From Negaprion brevirostris (lineage: Eukaryota): 64,000 nucleotides of DNA. The stretch is taken from positions 53,424,026-53,488,025 of the forward strand of contig JARDVH010000025.1 in the NCBI GenBank assembly GCA_030324005.1, given 5' to 3'. A model generated the notes under the pieces. It did not search any database, was not told the origin of the DNA, and worked only from the letters and a program-made list of their open reading frames with translations. Each line of letters starts with the position of its first letter. The stretch's first letter is position 1. This document shows, piece after piece, positions 13,036 through 25,554 of this stretch. The position numbers and the translations under genes are program-made.

Positions 13036-13822
13036 TCTGATGGAAGCAACAAAAAGCCCTCAATTAAGCTGATTGTTAAAGGGTAGCATGGGCTGACATG
13101 GAATTCCCAGTCAAAGACGGGAGGTTATCAATTCAGCTCATTAATGATCAAATTGACATCCATTATCCCTGATCCCATCAGAATTTACTGATTCAGGGAT
13201 TAAGTGGGGGCTGCACAGATTTCTCACACCTCAAAAGACAGCCTAGCAAGACTAATTGGAATTGCCAGCAGCCAGGGTTTTCCTCATTATCAGACACTGT
13301 GCAACAGTGAACCTGCAATTGTAAGAATGAGGGGCACTAAAACCCATGCCCGTGTCCTTGCTTCCAGGACCCTTGCAATCCTCACCTCTTGATCTCTATC
13401 CCATCCTGACTCACCTTTGGCCTGAGGTGCCTCAGAAACCAGATCCTTAGTGGTTGTATTGCCATTGGCTGTCATTGCTCTTGGTGACATTGATGGCAAA
13501 GAGGAACTGCCAGCCTCTGGTTAGTCAGCAGCTCACAGCGGTTAGGACTTTTGCAATTAAAGTCTTGAATTCCTGATGGCAGTCATTTAAATGCCTGAAG
13601 TGCTTGTTCTCTGACTGGTATCCAGTGGTGGTCATTTCTGCCTTCCCCACCCCAAGTTACGTAACACTTCATCCCCAATGACATCATGGCCCTCCCTACC
13701 CTGCCAACCTTCACCCCCACACAACGCAAAGGTACAAGCCACAAAAATACACAAATTGGTAACCACCGGCACCTTGTCCTTGGCCTTTACACTTCTAATT
13801 GAGCTCTACCTCGTTGTGTTTT

Positions 13823-14390
13823 TATGCTGCAACTATACCGGACCTTGGTGAGACCACATTTGGAATATTGTGTTCAGTTCTGGTCACCTCACTATAAGNN
13901 NNNNNNNNNNNNNNNNNNNNNNNNNNNNNNNNNNNNNNNNNNNNNNNNNNNNNNNNNNNNNNNNNNNNNNNNNNNNNNNNNNNNNNNNNNNNNNNNNNNN
14001 NNNNNNNNNNNNNNNNNNNNNNNNNNNNNNNNNNNNNNNNNNNNNNNNNNNNNNNNNNNNNNNNNNNNNNNNNNNNNNNNNNNNNNNNNNNNNNNNNNNN
14101 NNNNNNNNNNNNNNNNNNNNNNNNNNNNNNNNNNNNNNNNNNNNNNNNNNNNNNNNNNNNNNNNNNNNNNNNNNNNNNNNNNNNNNNNNNNNNNNNNNNN
14201 NNNNNNNNNNNNNNNNNNNNNNNNNNNNNNNNNNNNNNNNNNNNNNGAACTTTCAAGCGGTTATTGGATAGGCACATGGAGCACACCAGAATGATAGGGA
14301 ATGGGATAGCTTGATCTTGGGTTTGGACATAGCTGGACACAACATTGAGGGCTGAAGGGCCTGTACTGTGCCATATTGTTCTATGTTCCA
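13823..14390 (+). mobile_element. CR1 LINE 3' end spanning a gap
   Basis: MLQLYRTLVRPHLEYCVQFWSPHYK; gaagggcctgtactgtg...tgttctatgttc tail. Confidence 0.88.
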
Positions 14391-14915
14391 TAAAAACTGA
14401 CTGCAAAAGCTCATATAGATATGTGAAGAGAAATAGACCGGTTAAGACAAATGGAGATTACTAGGTAACAAAGAGATAGCAAACCAGCTGAGCAAATATT
14501 TTAGATTAAGGAGGATACATCTTCCAGAAATATTAAGGGACAGGGGGTCCAGCATGAAGGAGGAACTGAAAGAAATGCTTATTAGTCAGAAAATTGTATT
14601 GAGGAAATTGCTGGGAATAAAACGTGATAAGTCACCAGGACCTGGTGCTCTGCATCCTAGAATACTTAAGGAGCCCTAGAAATAGTGGATACATTGCTGA
14701 TCATTTTTCAGCATTCTGTACACTCTAGATGAGTTCCAGTATGTTGGAGGATAGCTAATGTAACCCTACTTCTTAAAAAAGGAAGGAGAGAGAAAACAAG
14801 AATTATAAACAGTTAGCCTGATATCGGTGGTGGTGGACTAGCTTAGTGGTTTTAAAAATGGATGGCATAGACAAGTTGGGCCGAAGGGCCTGTAAACTTA
14901 AATGACTCTATGATC
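14391..14915 (+). mobile_element. CR1 ORF2 fragment fused to a 3' tail
   Basis: DKSPGPGALHPRILKE...WRIANVTLLLKKGRREKT.NYK.VSL, then gggccgaagggcctgt...gactctatga. Confidence 0.8.
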
Positions 14916-15238
14916 TAATCATTCATAAGGGATTGGGTAAACACATTGTGTGCTCATTTACTAAGACTGGGCACATAAGAACAGTTATACATAGGTATAT
15001 GGTTATGTAAGTATATTTATACATTAGGGGGATGGTGGCATATTAATAATGCCACTGGCCTAGTAATCCAGAGGCTCAGGCTAATGTACATGGTTCACAT
15101 CCCACCGTTGCAGCTGTTCTGCTCAGAACAAAAATGAAACTAAAACATTTGAATGGGGGAGGGGAGGGAACAGTACCTGTGTGAAGCTATTCTGTAGTTA
15201 CCTACCTTAGACAGCACTACCCATTCAATCAAACTGAA

Positions 15239-15447
15239 ATTGGATGAGATGAATCTGATGTGGGTAGAGACAGTTGGCATGCTTTTCACTTTGTGGGCTA
15301 GTTTGTTTTCCATTTCTTTTTGCTCACACTACTGATTAGCAACAATGTGAAAAAGACAGTCAAACGTATAAGTCGCTTCTTCGTCTCAGTACACCACATC
15401 TCCATCAGTAAGTTCTCAGCTATGCCTCCTCATGGTGACACATGAAA
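15239..15447 (+). repeat. 209-bp direct repeat, copy 1
   Basis: Ungapped match to 16868-17076 with 10 mismatches by manual count (~95%). Confidence 0.95.
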
Positions 15448-16867
15448 TAGCAGACAGAACAAGGTGTGAAATCCCCTCAAATTTAATGCAGTTAAATCAT
15501 TATTGATTGTGGTGCTTATTCATTCACTGCAACTTACCAATAGGAGATCAAGCGAGGTGAAAAATGTTGTGATTAATCTCTTTTCTCCACTAAACGATAA
15601 TATTTTCATTGTCCTTTTTATGAATGAAAACTTTAAAAATATACAGTTGCCATATCAAATAGCATTGCTTTTCAAATGTTCCCTTAAAAATACCATAACA
15701 ATGTCATAGAACAGACTAACAGAAGTTTACAATATGGATTAATATTAGATGCTCTTACAGATTGCCAAAGGTCAGACCTTGTAGCACCAGCAGCAAGCCA
15801 AGACCTGGGTTTTCTAAAATTAAATTTTAAAAATGGCCGAAAACCAGCAGGTTAGGCAGCATTTGTGGACAGAGGAACATATTAACATTTCAGGTCTTTC
15901 ATTAGAACTGAGATTTTTCCCCTCAGTTGTGACCAGAGAGATGGGTAACCCGGACACATGCTTAAATGAGCTTAAATGAGTTACATGTGTAACTGCAATG
16001 CACACAAGTCTTCTCAAGCTTTTAAATCCATTCATTAAACCTTTCCTCTGCGCAAATCTCTGCACAGGAATCTGGTCATGCCTCCAGGAATTGAACTGAA
16101 ATATCTTCCAATTGTGCTTGTCTGTGTGGTCTCTCAAAGTTGCATCTAGATTCTCAGACCTGCAGGTGCCCTGGTCACCTGAAGCAAATGCGGAGAAATG
16201 GGCCATGTGCAAATTGAAGCCTCCATTCTGCTGTTTACTGCTGCAGAAAAAAAAGCAGGAGATTTCTGAAAGAAACTAGAAAGATGACTCACTATTTACT
16301 GATAGTGTTATAAAATGGGGCTGTTTGGTTCATCATGCCTGTACCTTTGAGTGAACTTTCTAATTAGTCATACTTCCCTGCTTGTTCCTGGATCTTTGCA
16401 CATCCTTTCTGCCTTCAAGACTCAGTTGCCTTTTGTGTATTATTTTTGAACCTGCTTTCACCACTGTTCCATACACTGTCTTCCATTTTCTTGCCAATTG
16501 CCTTAATTCAGTGTCTTGTGGTTATGTGTACCTTCCTGAGAATGGAAAAGATTACTCCCTACTTTATGAAAACCCCTTGTTATGCACAACAATTAAAAAT
16601 CTTTCTTAACCTTCACTGCTCCAAAAAAAATTCCCAATGTCTTTAGTCTTCCGACATAATTGATGAACTTAATTCCTGGGACCATTCTAGTCAATCTTCT
16701 GCACCAAGTCCTTGAAATTCTTCCTAAAGTGTGCGGCCNNNNNNNNNNGTGTTAAACCCCATTTCAGGACTTGTACAGATGATTTAGGCTGACACTTTAT
16801 TTCACGACTGAGGGAGAGCTACATGGTCAGATGTGGTCTGCTTCAGATAAGATGGGGTGTCCAACAG

Positions 16868-17076
16868 ATTGGATGAGATGAATCTGATGTGGGTAGAAAG
16901 AGTTGGCATGCTTTTCACTTTGTGGGCTAGTTTGTTTTCCATTTCATTTTGCTCACACTACTGATTAGCAACAATGTGAAAAAGACAGCCAAATGTATAA
17001 GTCTCTTCTCCATCTCAGTACACCGCATCTCCATCGGTAAGTTCTCAGCTATGCCTCCTCATGGTGACACATGAAA
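16868..17076 (+). repeat. 209-bp direct repeat, copy 2
   Basis: Ungapped match to 15239-15447. Confidence 0.95.
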
Positions 17077-17399
17077 CTGGGCCCCTCATGGTCCCAGGCT
17101 AACACGTCAGAGAAATGTGAAGGAAGTTTGGCTCCAGACATGCAGTGTGCAGGCCCACTAGCATGTGGACATGTTCTGGCACTCATGAATCACACTCCCA
17201 GATATGAAATAGCTTTACTGCCTTGCTGCAACCTCAGGAGAGTTGAAGGCCCTGGCAAAAAAATTTGGAGTAAAACCTAAACATAGACTTGTGTCTCAAT
17301 GTTACATCTTTCTACAACTCCTGCAACCAAACCGGTGTCAAATGTATACTTCGTTTCAATGGACTCAATCAGAGAAGTCACGAAGAGCCACTGACATTT

Positions 17400-18130
17400 G
17401 GGCAGGCCAGGGTCTCCATACATTTTGCTGCTCCTATGCCCTTTGTTTGATTGGCACCTTCTTTCAGAACAAGCCAGGCCACAACACACCCCGGAGTTGG
17501 ATCTGATCATTACCAAATGTAATTCTCTCAACGGCGTTCACAGTGCTTGGGATGGAACCCTAAAGTTTTTCATTCAAAGCTCAAAGGTCTTCCTCCCACC
17601 AAAGTCAGCTGTACTGCATACCCAATTAAAAGCCAACAGTTCCTCCACTCGATTGAACAGGCACTCTCCATCATACCCACGCAGAAGCACGATAGAGCAT
17701 ATTTCAAAACATCATTCACAATACTCATTCTCAACACATAGGAAACATAAACAGAAAAATGCTGATTGGTTCAAGGCCAAAATCATTGAGATGGAACCTG
17801 GCATTGAAGCTGAGTGGTCTTTTAATTACAAGAGGGATTCAAATGCACTAAGAGTGCCTCATAGTAAAATCTAACAGACTGCTAACTGGTGCAGCAGTGA
17901 TGAGTGTTTGCAATTCTACCAGAATATCCAGAGGTGCTTTGACAAAGGGATTGCCAGGACATCAAAAGCCCATTTAGTGAAGTAAAGTTCATCAGCAAAT
18001 AAAATGGCTCCACTGAAAACACAGACATGGGCGATCATCGCTGACTGCAACAAACAGCTGAAGAAATGGGTCGAAGTTTCTTGAGTTGTAACCTAAGGAA
18101 AACACTGTCACCGAGGAACCTCTAAACACT
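17400..18130 (+). mobile_element. RTE-like LINE fragment (decayed)
   Basis: NADWFKAKIIEMEPGIEA and KQLKKWVE...KENTVTE resemble the RTE-clade EN-RT linker. Confidence 0.5.
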
Positions 18131-18222
18131 ATNNNNNNNNNNNNNNNNNNNNNNNNNNNNNNNNNNNNNNNNNNNNNNNNNNNNNNNNNNNNNNNNNNNN
18201 NNNNNNNNNNNNNNNNNNNNNN

Positions 18223-18545
18223 ATAAGGTGGATAGAAAGGACCTTTTCCCCTTAGCAGAGGAGTCAATAACCAGAGGGCATAGATTTAAGTTGAGGGGCA
18301 GGAGGTTTATAAGAAATATGAGGAAAAACATTTTCACGCAGAGGGTGGTGGAAATCTGGAACTTGCTGCCTGTAAGGCTAGTGGAGGCAGGAGCTCTCAC
18401 AACATTTAAGAAGTATTTAGATGAGCACTTGAAATGCCATAGCATACAAGACTATGGGCCAGGTGGTGAAAAATAGGATTACAATAGATAGGTGCTCGAT
18501 GACCGGCACAGACATGATACGCCAAAGGGTCTCTCTCCATGCAGG
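18223..18545 (+). mobile_element. CR1 LINE 3' end
   Basis: DRKDLFPLAEESITRGHRFKLRGRRF...FTQRVVEIWNLLP...FKKYLDEHL. Confidence 0.88.
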
Positions 18546-18923
18546 AGCTTGGCAAATTTCTTGACTCACTCTCCATGGGCAAAGCTCCAGGTTGTTATAT
18601 CACCTGAACTCATCAAGCAGGAGAAAAGTGCATCCATGCAGCATACACAAATGTCTCTGTCTCTGCAGGGAGCGAGCTGTGCCTCATGATATGTGTGATG
18701 CAATGATTATGACCCCATGGAAAAACAAGGGTGTCAAAAGGTTGATTGAAACAACTATCAACTGCTGAACATTGTGGGAAATATATTTGCCTGTGTTGTC
18801 CTCGTCAAACTGCAAATCTTGGCTGAATGCATTTGCCCCAAATCCCAGTGTGGTTTCAGAACTGGAAGATCTACAACTGACATATTTTCAGTTGCAACAG
18901 AAATGCTATGAACAAAGAAAACT

Positions 18924-19106
18924 GGGGAGATGGTGGCATAGCGGTATTGTCACTGGACTAGCAATCTAGAGACACAAGTTCTGGAAACCTGTGTTTGAAT
19001 CAAACCATAGCAGATGGTGGAATTAAAACAATTTAATTAAAAGTTTAATGTAAAAATCCATTGGTTTCACCAATGCCCTGTAAGAATCGAAATCTGCCAT
19101 TCCTAT
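18924..19106 (+). mobile_element. SINE 5' part (family of 5358), running into a gap
   Basis: ggggagatggtggcatagcggtattgtcactggactagcaatc...gtttgaatc...cagatggtggaatt. Confidence 0.65.
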
Positions 19107-19346
19107 NNNNNNNNNNNNNNNNNNNNNNNNNNNNNNNNNNNNNNNNNNNNNNNNNNNNNNNNNNNNNNNNNNNNNNNNNNNNNNNNNNNNNNNNNNNNNN
19201 NNNNNNNNNNNNNNNNNNNNNNNNNNNNNNNNNNNNNNNNNNNNNNNNNNNNNNNNNNNNNNNNNNNNNNNNNNNNNNNNNNNNNNNNNNNNNNNNNNNN
19301 NNNNNNNNNNNNNNNNNNNNNNNNNNNNNNNNNNNNNNNNNNNNNN

Positions 19347-19465
19347 TCTTCTCAATGTTGAACAGCACTTGAACGAGTTAGAGGGTCCTTAGGCATAGAA
19401 TATACTTTGGGTTGGGGGACTTCAATCTCCATCATCAAGAATAGTTTGGTAGCAGCACTACAGGC
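19347..19465 (+). mobile_element. LINE endonuclease fragment
   Basis: Frameshifted NVEQHL...W.GDFNLHHQE.FGSST, containing the APE GDFN motif. Confidence 0.6.
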
Positions 19466-19872
19466 TATCTATAAAACTTGCTAATTCACTCTGTTGACAT
19501 AAGCCTGGTTAGTGTTGCATGACAGATTTCACAACCTTTCATTATCACAGTGGGGTGCCTGTCAGTTCACAGTTCAGTTGATAGATCCAAGAGATTACAA
19601 ACTCTTTGACATGCAATTCTGAATTCCCATGTTTGTTTAAATAAGAGATTAAAGAAATATTAAATGTAGTTATTTGTTTTTTATCAGTGAGTGTTTTTGT
19701 TTTAAAAGGTGAATTCATCTATTGTCATTTAAGAACTTTACATAATCTCAGCATGTGTCCTGAGGACTTCCCATTGTGGACATTGAATAAGTTTGTATAG
19801 TAACTGTAATGGAAATGGTTAGTGGGTGATGGAATTGGGCATGCATGAGTTTGCACTAAGTTTCCATAGGGC

Positions 19873-20100
19873 ATAAGAACATAAGAAATAGGAGCAGGAN
19901 NNNNNNNNNNNNNNNNNNNNNNNNNNNNNNNNNNNNNNNNNNNNNNNNNNNNNNNNNNNNNNNNNNNNNNNNNNNNNNNNNNNNNNNNNNNNNNNNNNNA
20001 AAAAAGTTATTCAAGACCTCAGCCATTTCCCCATCCCCTACCACCAAGTCCCCCCTCTCATCCTCTAAGGGTCCAATGTTCACCCTAGCCAGCCACTTCC
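19873..20100 (-). mobile_element. CR1 LINE spanning a gap
   Basis: Tail cataagaacataagaaataggagcagga; after the gap RVNIGPLEDERGDLVVGDGEMAEVLNNFF. Confidence 0.82.
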
Positions 20101-20892
20101 TTAAAGGATGAGAGTGGGCATAGTCAGCATTGAACACATGAGTTCAGGTGGTGGGAGCATGAGGAGACATAGGTTAGCATGGAAGGGGAATGGAGAGTGT
20201 GCGACGGATAAGAGTTGGAAGACTGATTTCTCCTTATTGTATTTTTCTTAATGCTTTGACAAAGTGCCAATGCACCAAAGCAAGCCTTCCTACCTCTGTA
20301 CCTGGCGGCCTCCACGCTGTTTCGGGGTCACCCACCACAACTCCCAAACAACCCAGCATCCCCAGAACAAAAATCCAAGCTCCAGAGTAGGTTTTACTGG
20401 GTCAAATTAACAGAGCCGGGAATTGTTCCAAATCTATGCTCATGGAGTGAAAAGTCAGGCCATAGTTTCTGGAGAGCAAAGGTCAATAGCCTGAAACCAT
20501 ATTATTGGCACATTAGCATGCCAATAATTGGAGTTGCAAATCGTTCCTTTAGTGGTCTCTATATACACTCACATGGAGAATCAAGCACATTGCATGAGTG
20601 ATCCATTGCCTTAAGATGAAGTTGACAAAGATATCCCCTGCTTAACCCAAATTAACTACATAAAATTGAAAATAAAGCATTAAAAGTGAAATTACAGGTA
20701 AATGGTTCTCAACAATCAGGAAAGCTTCAATCAGAATTAAAATTAATTTCGAAGTTAGGGCAGATTATCAAATTAGCATTTTGCCATACTGATTGCTTCA
20801 ATTCTGCCCTCTTCTGGCAGTAATGATGAACCATATGAGAAACTTGGAAATCACACACACTTGTATTATGTCGCACAAGCAGGAGCACAGGA

Positions 20893-20902
20893 ACACACAC
20901 AG

Positions 20903-20931
<29 letters not shown>
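20893..20931. repeat. (AC)n microsatellite
   Basis: Read directly; one interruption. Confidence 0.95.
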
Positions 20932-20935
<4 letters not shown>

Positions 20936-23900
20936 CGAATAACAGTAAACAGAAAGCTTATTCCAGTAATTTTTAAAAGAAAATAAAACAAATTGATGTT
21001 TTCCCAAATAAATGTTTTGGTGTCTAATTTCACTTTAACAACACCATTTATGGCTACTGTTGAAGTATTCATCAAGAAAGTAGTTTTGTGAAGTGTAGTG
21101 ATATGAAGCTGTCACTGGAGAGGGAGAGAGATGCAAATTCTGGACCACTTACATGCAGAAGTTAACCGTCATTGAGTAAAGAACAAAAAGAGGACAATAT
21201 TTCACTGAGCGTGTATCTTAAACCAGTTTAGTGATGCACAAATATTCCATCAGATCCAAACTTTTTCTATTCTCCTTCCCTTCATTCATTTACAGTGAGG
21301 CATGAATCTTTCATTGAGGCAATGATGAAAAATATTAATTCCCACCTGTAAATTTGATTGTTTATTTAAATTAGTCCTGTACTGGCTGCAGATCATGCAA
21401 CAGATTTCACACCACCACAAAGCACCATTATTAATGTCAGGTTATATTTCATTTAGTCTTTGAAATTATGTTGTGTGAGGATTAGAGTGACCACTTAACT
21501 CATCCATATGCAATTCCTTTGTTAGTTATTCTAGTGTAGTGTTTACCTAACTAAATTAACTACCCTGTTGAAACAATGGAGACTTTATGCTCTTAATTTT
21601 GAGAATATATAACTGCACTAATATAATGTACATTTTCATACCTTCGGCTTTAAAAACAACTAGCTCCACGAATGTTAAAAATAATACTTCCAAACACACT
21701 GAAATATTTATCAGTTTTGGAATGATGCAGCATCAAAGTCTCCACAAAACAAAATGAAAATAATATTTTACAGACAGTGGTTTTCGAATTTTTGAATTAA
21801 TTAATGCAAATTGACTGCAGAAGATATATGTAATTACTATCAACATAATCAATCATTTCTTTAAAAATATTACCATTTTTGAATGAGTGATTAAAGGCAT
21901 TACTGTAGTCCAACACTAATTCAGCATGTAGGGTGAGGTATCTGGTATCTCTCTAATCAGTATTGTCCCACACATTAATTTCTTACACTATTTTCAGCAA
22001 GTATAAACCTGATCAATTGCTTGAAGTCTTTTTTTTATATATTTCTTTTAAAATAATATATTCAGTTATTTCTCAACTTGATCCACCTTCATTCAAATTT
22101 ACTGCTGGTCCTTTACCTTCTGCTCTTAAAATGATTGAAAGCCCTGAACTACTTCTATGGTTTGAAATGGCAATGGCACACAAGTCATATCATTACTCGA
22201 ACACAGGAGCCTACTGCTTTTACACTTGCTATTCTTAAAAGAGACGTGCTTATCTGGCAAAGTGCATTGTCTGGTTAAGTGCCTACTTTTGCATCTCACA
22301 AGCACATTACAGACTGAAAAATGGACCATCTGCACAAGGCTTGTGAATCAGCATTAGATATGCAAAGATGTTCAAGAGAACGCACAATGAACTGAAGTAC
22401 GAGTCATGCACAATTGCACATCAGAGAATAGAGTCCAAGTGTGCAACCTTGTGTTCTATTTTTTAAATTACAGCAAGGTTACATGTGAATACAGATTACT
22501 TGGTAAATGTTGCAAATATGTTTTCTCTTTACCCATTGTGGGAATATATTGGAATTTGAATATGACGATTAATAATCTTGTCATTTCCATTAATGAGTGG
22601 AAAATCTTGCAGAGCCCAAATTCCTAACATATACCCCCATCAGCCAGAAGTTGAAATGAGGAAACTTTATGCTTGGGTCTAAGAAGTGTCATAGTATCTC
22701 ATCTTTGCAAAGCTTACAAAGGGGTTTCAGATAGCACAAATAGTGACATAATAATATCAAATCCAAATGTTGCACACCTGAGTTATAAAGAATGGCATTT
22801 ATGCAAAAATTTGGCAAATATATATATTTTGTTTGAGGAAGAAGAGGCACAAGAACAGTACAATTTCTGGTACTGTACACAAGTGAAGCAATGGTTCTTT
22901 TAAAACCATTTAAGCATTTATATAATTAAATTTATCGTAGCATCATTGCTGTGAGGAACTGATAGCAACCTTTGCCATCTGCAAATGCACAGTTAAATGT
23001 GGAAATCTGGAAGTTGCTGTCAAAGTTACCCTGATCCTCTATTGCAGATGAACTCAACACAGAATTAGTAATTGACAGAATCATAGAATTGTTATATCAG
23101 AGAAGGAGGCCATTCGGCCCATTGTGTCTGTGCCAGCTCTCTGATAGAGCAGATCAGTTCGTCCCTGAACCCTTTTCCTGTAATCCTGTAAAGTAATTCT
23201 TTTCAGGTGTTTATCCAGTTTCTTTCGGAAAACCATAATTGGAATTTCCTTCACCATAATTTCAGTACATTTCAGGTTCTTCTGCCAATTACCTTAAATT
23301 GTGCTCTTGAGTTCTTGACTCTTGCATAAATGGGAACAGTTGTTCCCTATCTCCTCTATGCAGAACCCTTATACTTTTCAACAGTTCCATTACATCTCCT
23401 CACAACATTTTTTTCTTTACGGAGAATAGTTCAGGTTTTTCAATCTGCAGCCCCTCATCCCTGGAACCATTTATGCAAATCCTTTCTGCATCCTCTCATT
23501 CTTCTCATTCTCATTCTCATTCTTCTTAAATTATATTGCCTACAATACTTCAGTGAAGGCCAGGCCAGTGCTTTTTAAACATTTTGCACTATATTTATAA
23601 AGCTCAGGATCCAATTTGCCTTGTTAACCATTTTCTCTACCTGCCCTGCCAGCTATGTCCCTCTGTTCCTGCATCCCCTTTAGAATTACACCCTTTATTT
23701 TGTATTACCTCTTCTCAATCTTTCTACCAAAATGTATCACTTCAAACTTCTCTGAAAAGAAAAATTATCTGTCACATATCTGACTGTTCAACAAGCCTCT
23801 CTTTAGCGCTTTGAACGTTATTGCTATCCTGCTCACATTTCACAACTCCCAAATTTTGTGTCATCTAAAAATAGCAAAATTGTGCCCTATAGACCCAAGT

Positions 23901-23954
23901 CTGGGTCATTATATATCAAGAAAAGCAATGGTCCTGAAATTGATTCTTGTGCAT

Positions 23955-24402
23955 TCTTTATTCATTTATGGAATGAGAGCATTGCTAGCTAGGGCTTCAT
24001 TTGTTGCCTATTCCTAATTGCCCTGGAAAGGCATAGTGATCTGCCTTCTGAAATTGCTGCGATTCACATTCCTAAGGTACTCAAACAGTGCTGTCGGGAG
24101 GGAGTTTCAGGATTTTGAGCCAGCAGAAGTGAAGGAACAGTTAGATAGTTCCAAATCATGATGATGTGTGACTGGGAGGTGGTGTTGGCGTGTGCCTACT
24201 TCCCTTGTCCTTCTAAGCAGTAGAAGTCATAGGTTTGGAAGTTGCTGTCAAAGAAACTTTGGCAAGTTGCTGCAGTACATCTTGTATTTAGTGGATACTG
24301 CTACCACTGCCTATCCACAGGGAAAGGTGAGGGCATTTAAGGTGATGGACAGGTTGCTGATTAAGCAGGCTGCTTTGTCCTGGAAAGTGTCAAACTTTTT
24401 GC
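23955..24402 (-). mobile_element. LINE 3' fragment sharing its tail with the 5358 SINE family
   Basis: catttgttgcctattcctaattgccctgg is the reverse of the gggcaattagggatgggcaa tail; continues into ORF2 C-terminal-like sequence. A + strand tail of the same type lies at 31368-31460. Confidence 0.65.
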
Positions 24403-24708
24403 TTTTTTTTTATACTTTATTCCAGTCCAATCAAATCGAATTCAGAGTCCCAACAAGTTGGGACGGTCCTGATCCAAGCTGACAAGACAGGGCTCTCACC
24501 TCCTGTCTTGGGCATGATCTACATGATCCAAGCTGATTGGAGTAGGTATAGCTCCTCCTCCAAGGCTCGATTTTGTTTGCAGCTTAGCCAAAAGGCCGAG
24601 ATGCCGCTTTAAAAAATTGCTTCAAATGAAGCTAAAATGTAACCTAATGACTTCAACCAAGTACAGCATGTCAATACTGCACTTGATCTTAGCCACTCAC
24701 TTGCCGAG
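24403..24708 (-). mobile_element. U2 snRNA-derived, polyadenylated SINE-like element
   Basis: Minus strand: 24674-24695 matches U2 nt 18-39 at 21/22, and 24583-24601 matches U2 nt 7-25 at 19/19 (U2 sequence from memory). Ends in AATAAA (24416-24421) and an A9 tail (24403-24411). Confidence 0.75.
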
Positions 24709-25554
24709 GTATTCCCCAGTCCAAAAACGCCAGTTCAACACTTCTCTACATTTGCCATCACTCAGGCATTTTTGCATACATATTTCCACTGTGCCTTTTA
24801 ATCCATAAGCTTCAACTTTGCTGCTAAGCCTGTTATGTGGCATTTCATCAAAAACCATTTGGAAATTCATGTGTGCTACACCAAAACTGCATTACCATCA
24901 TCAACTCTCTGTTACCTAATCAGAAAATTCAAACTAGTTAACTAAACACAATTTGCTTTTAATAAATCTATTTTGGCTTTCTTCACTTAATCCACACTCA
25001 TTCATGTGACTGTTAATTTTGTCCCAGATTATAGTTACTAATCACTTTTCCGCCACTGTGGTTAAGATGCTTGGCCTGCAGTTGCAAACTTTAGCTTTGT
25101 AACCTTTTATAACAAAGGTGTACTATTTGCAATTCTCCAGTCCCTTAGCACTACCCTGTACCTAAGGAGGATTGGAAGGTTATGGCTTTGCTCCCTTACA
25201 TTCTTCAGCATCCTCAGATGTATCACTCAGTTCGAGGGACTTATCAACTTTAAATTCTGTCAGCCTGTCTTAATCCTTCCTCTTTACCAATTTTGGCCCA
25301 TCCCATGCCTCAGTTGCCTCTTCTTTCATTACTTGATGTGTGCTTCAACTTTTCTCATACTATTCTCATATTAATAAAACAATTAAATTGTTAAACATTG
25401 TACAAATCAGGTGGAGCTGAGTTATTGATAAACAACCTCTGTTTCTGAAAAGGTAATTTGACAAATATGGAGACCCACCATCTCAGCATAACAACTAAAA
25501 TTAAAATAAAACAGTTAAAAGAAAAAATATTTTAAAGGTCTGTTTAGAAAGCTA

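Larger units (their letters stand above)
23078..25330 (-). mobile_element. Old CR1 LINE interrupted by nested insertions at ~23950-24710
   Basis: Tail agaatcatagaattgttatatcagagaaggaggccattcggccc; reverse-strand RT-like sequence resumes at ~24710 (…aagcctgttatgtggcatttcatcaaaaacc…). Confidence 0.7.

Noticed and set aside
15239-17076. TRIM/LTR retrotransposon bounded by the 209-bp repeats
   Set aside because: The repeat ends are not clean TG...CA, there is no TSD, PBS or PPT, and the interior is unrelated older repeats.
24583-24708. Functional U2 snRNA gene
   Set aside because: Only 5' fragments match; the branch-pairing box is mutated, no Sm site or 3' stems are recognisable, and it ends in poly(A).
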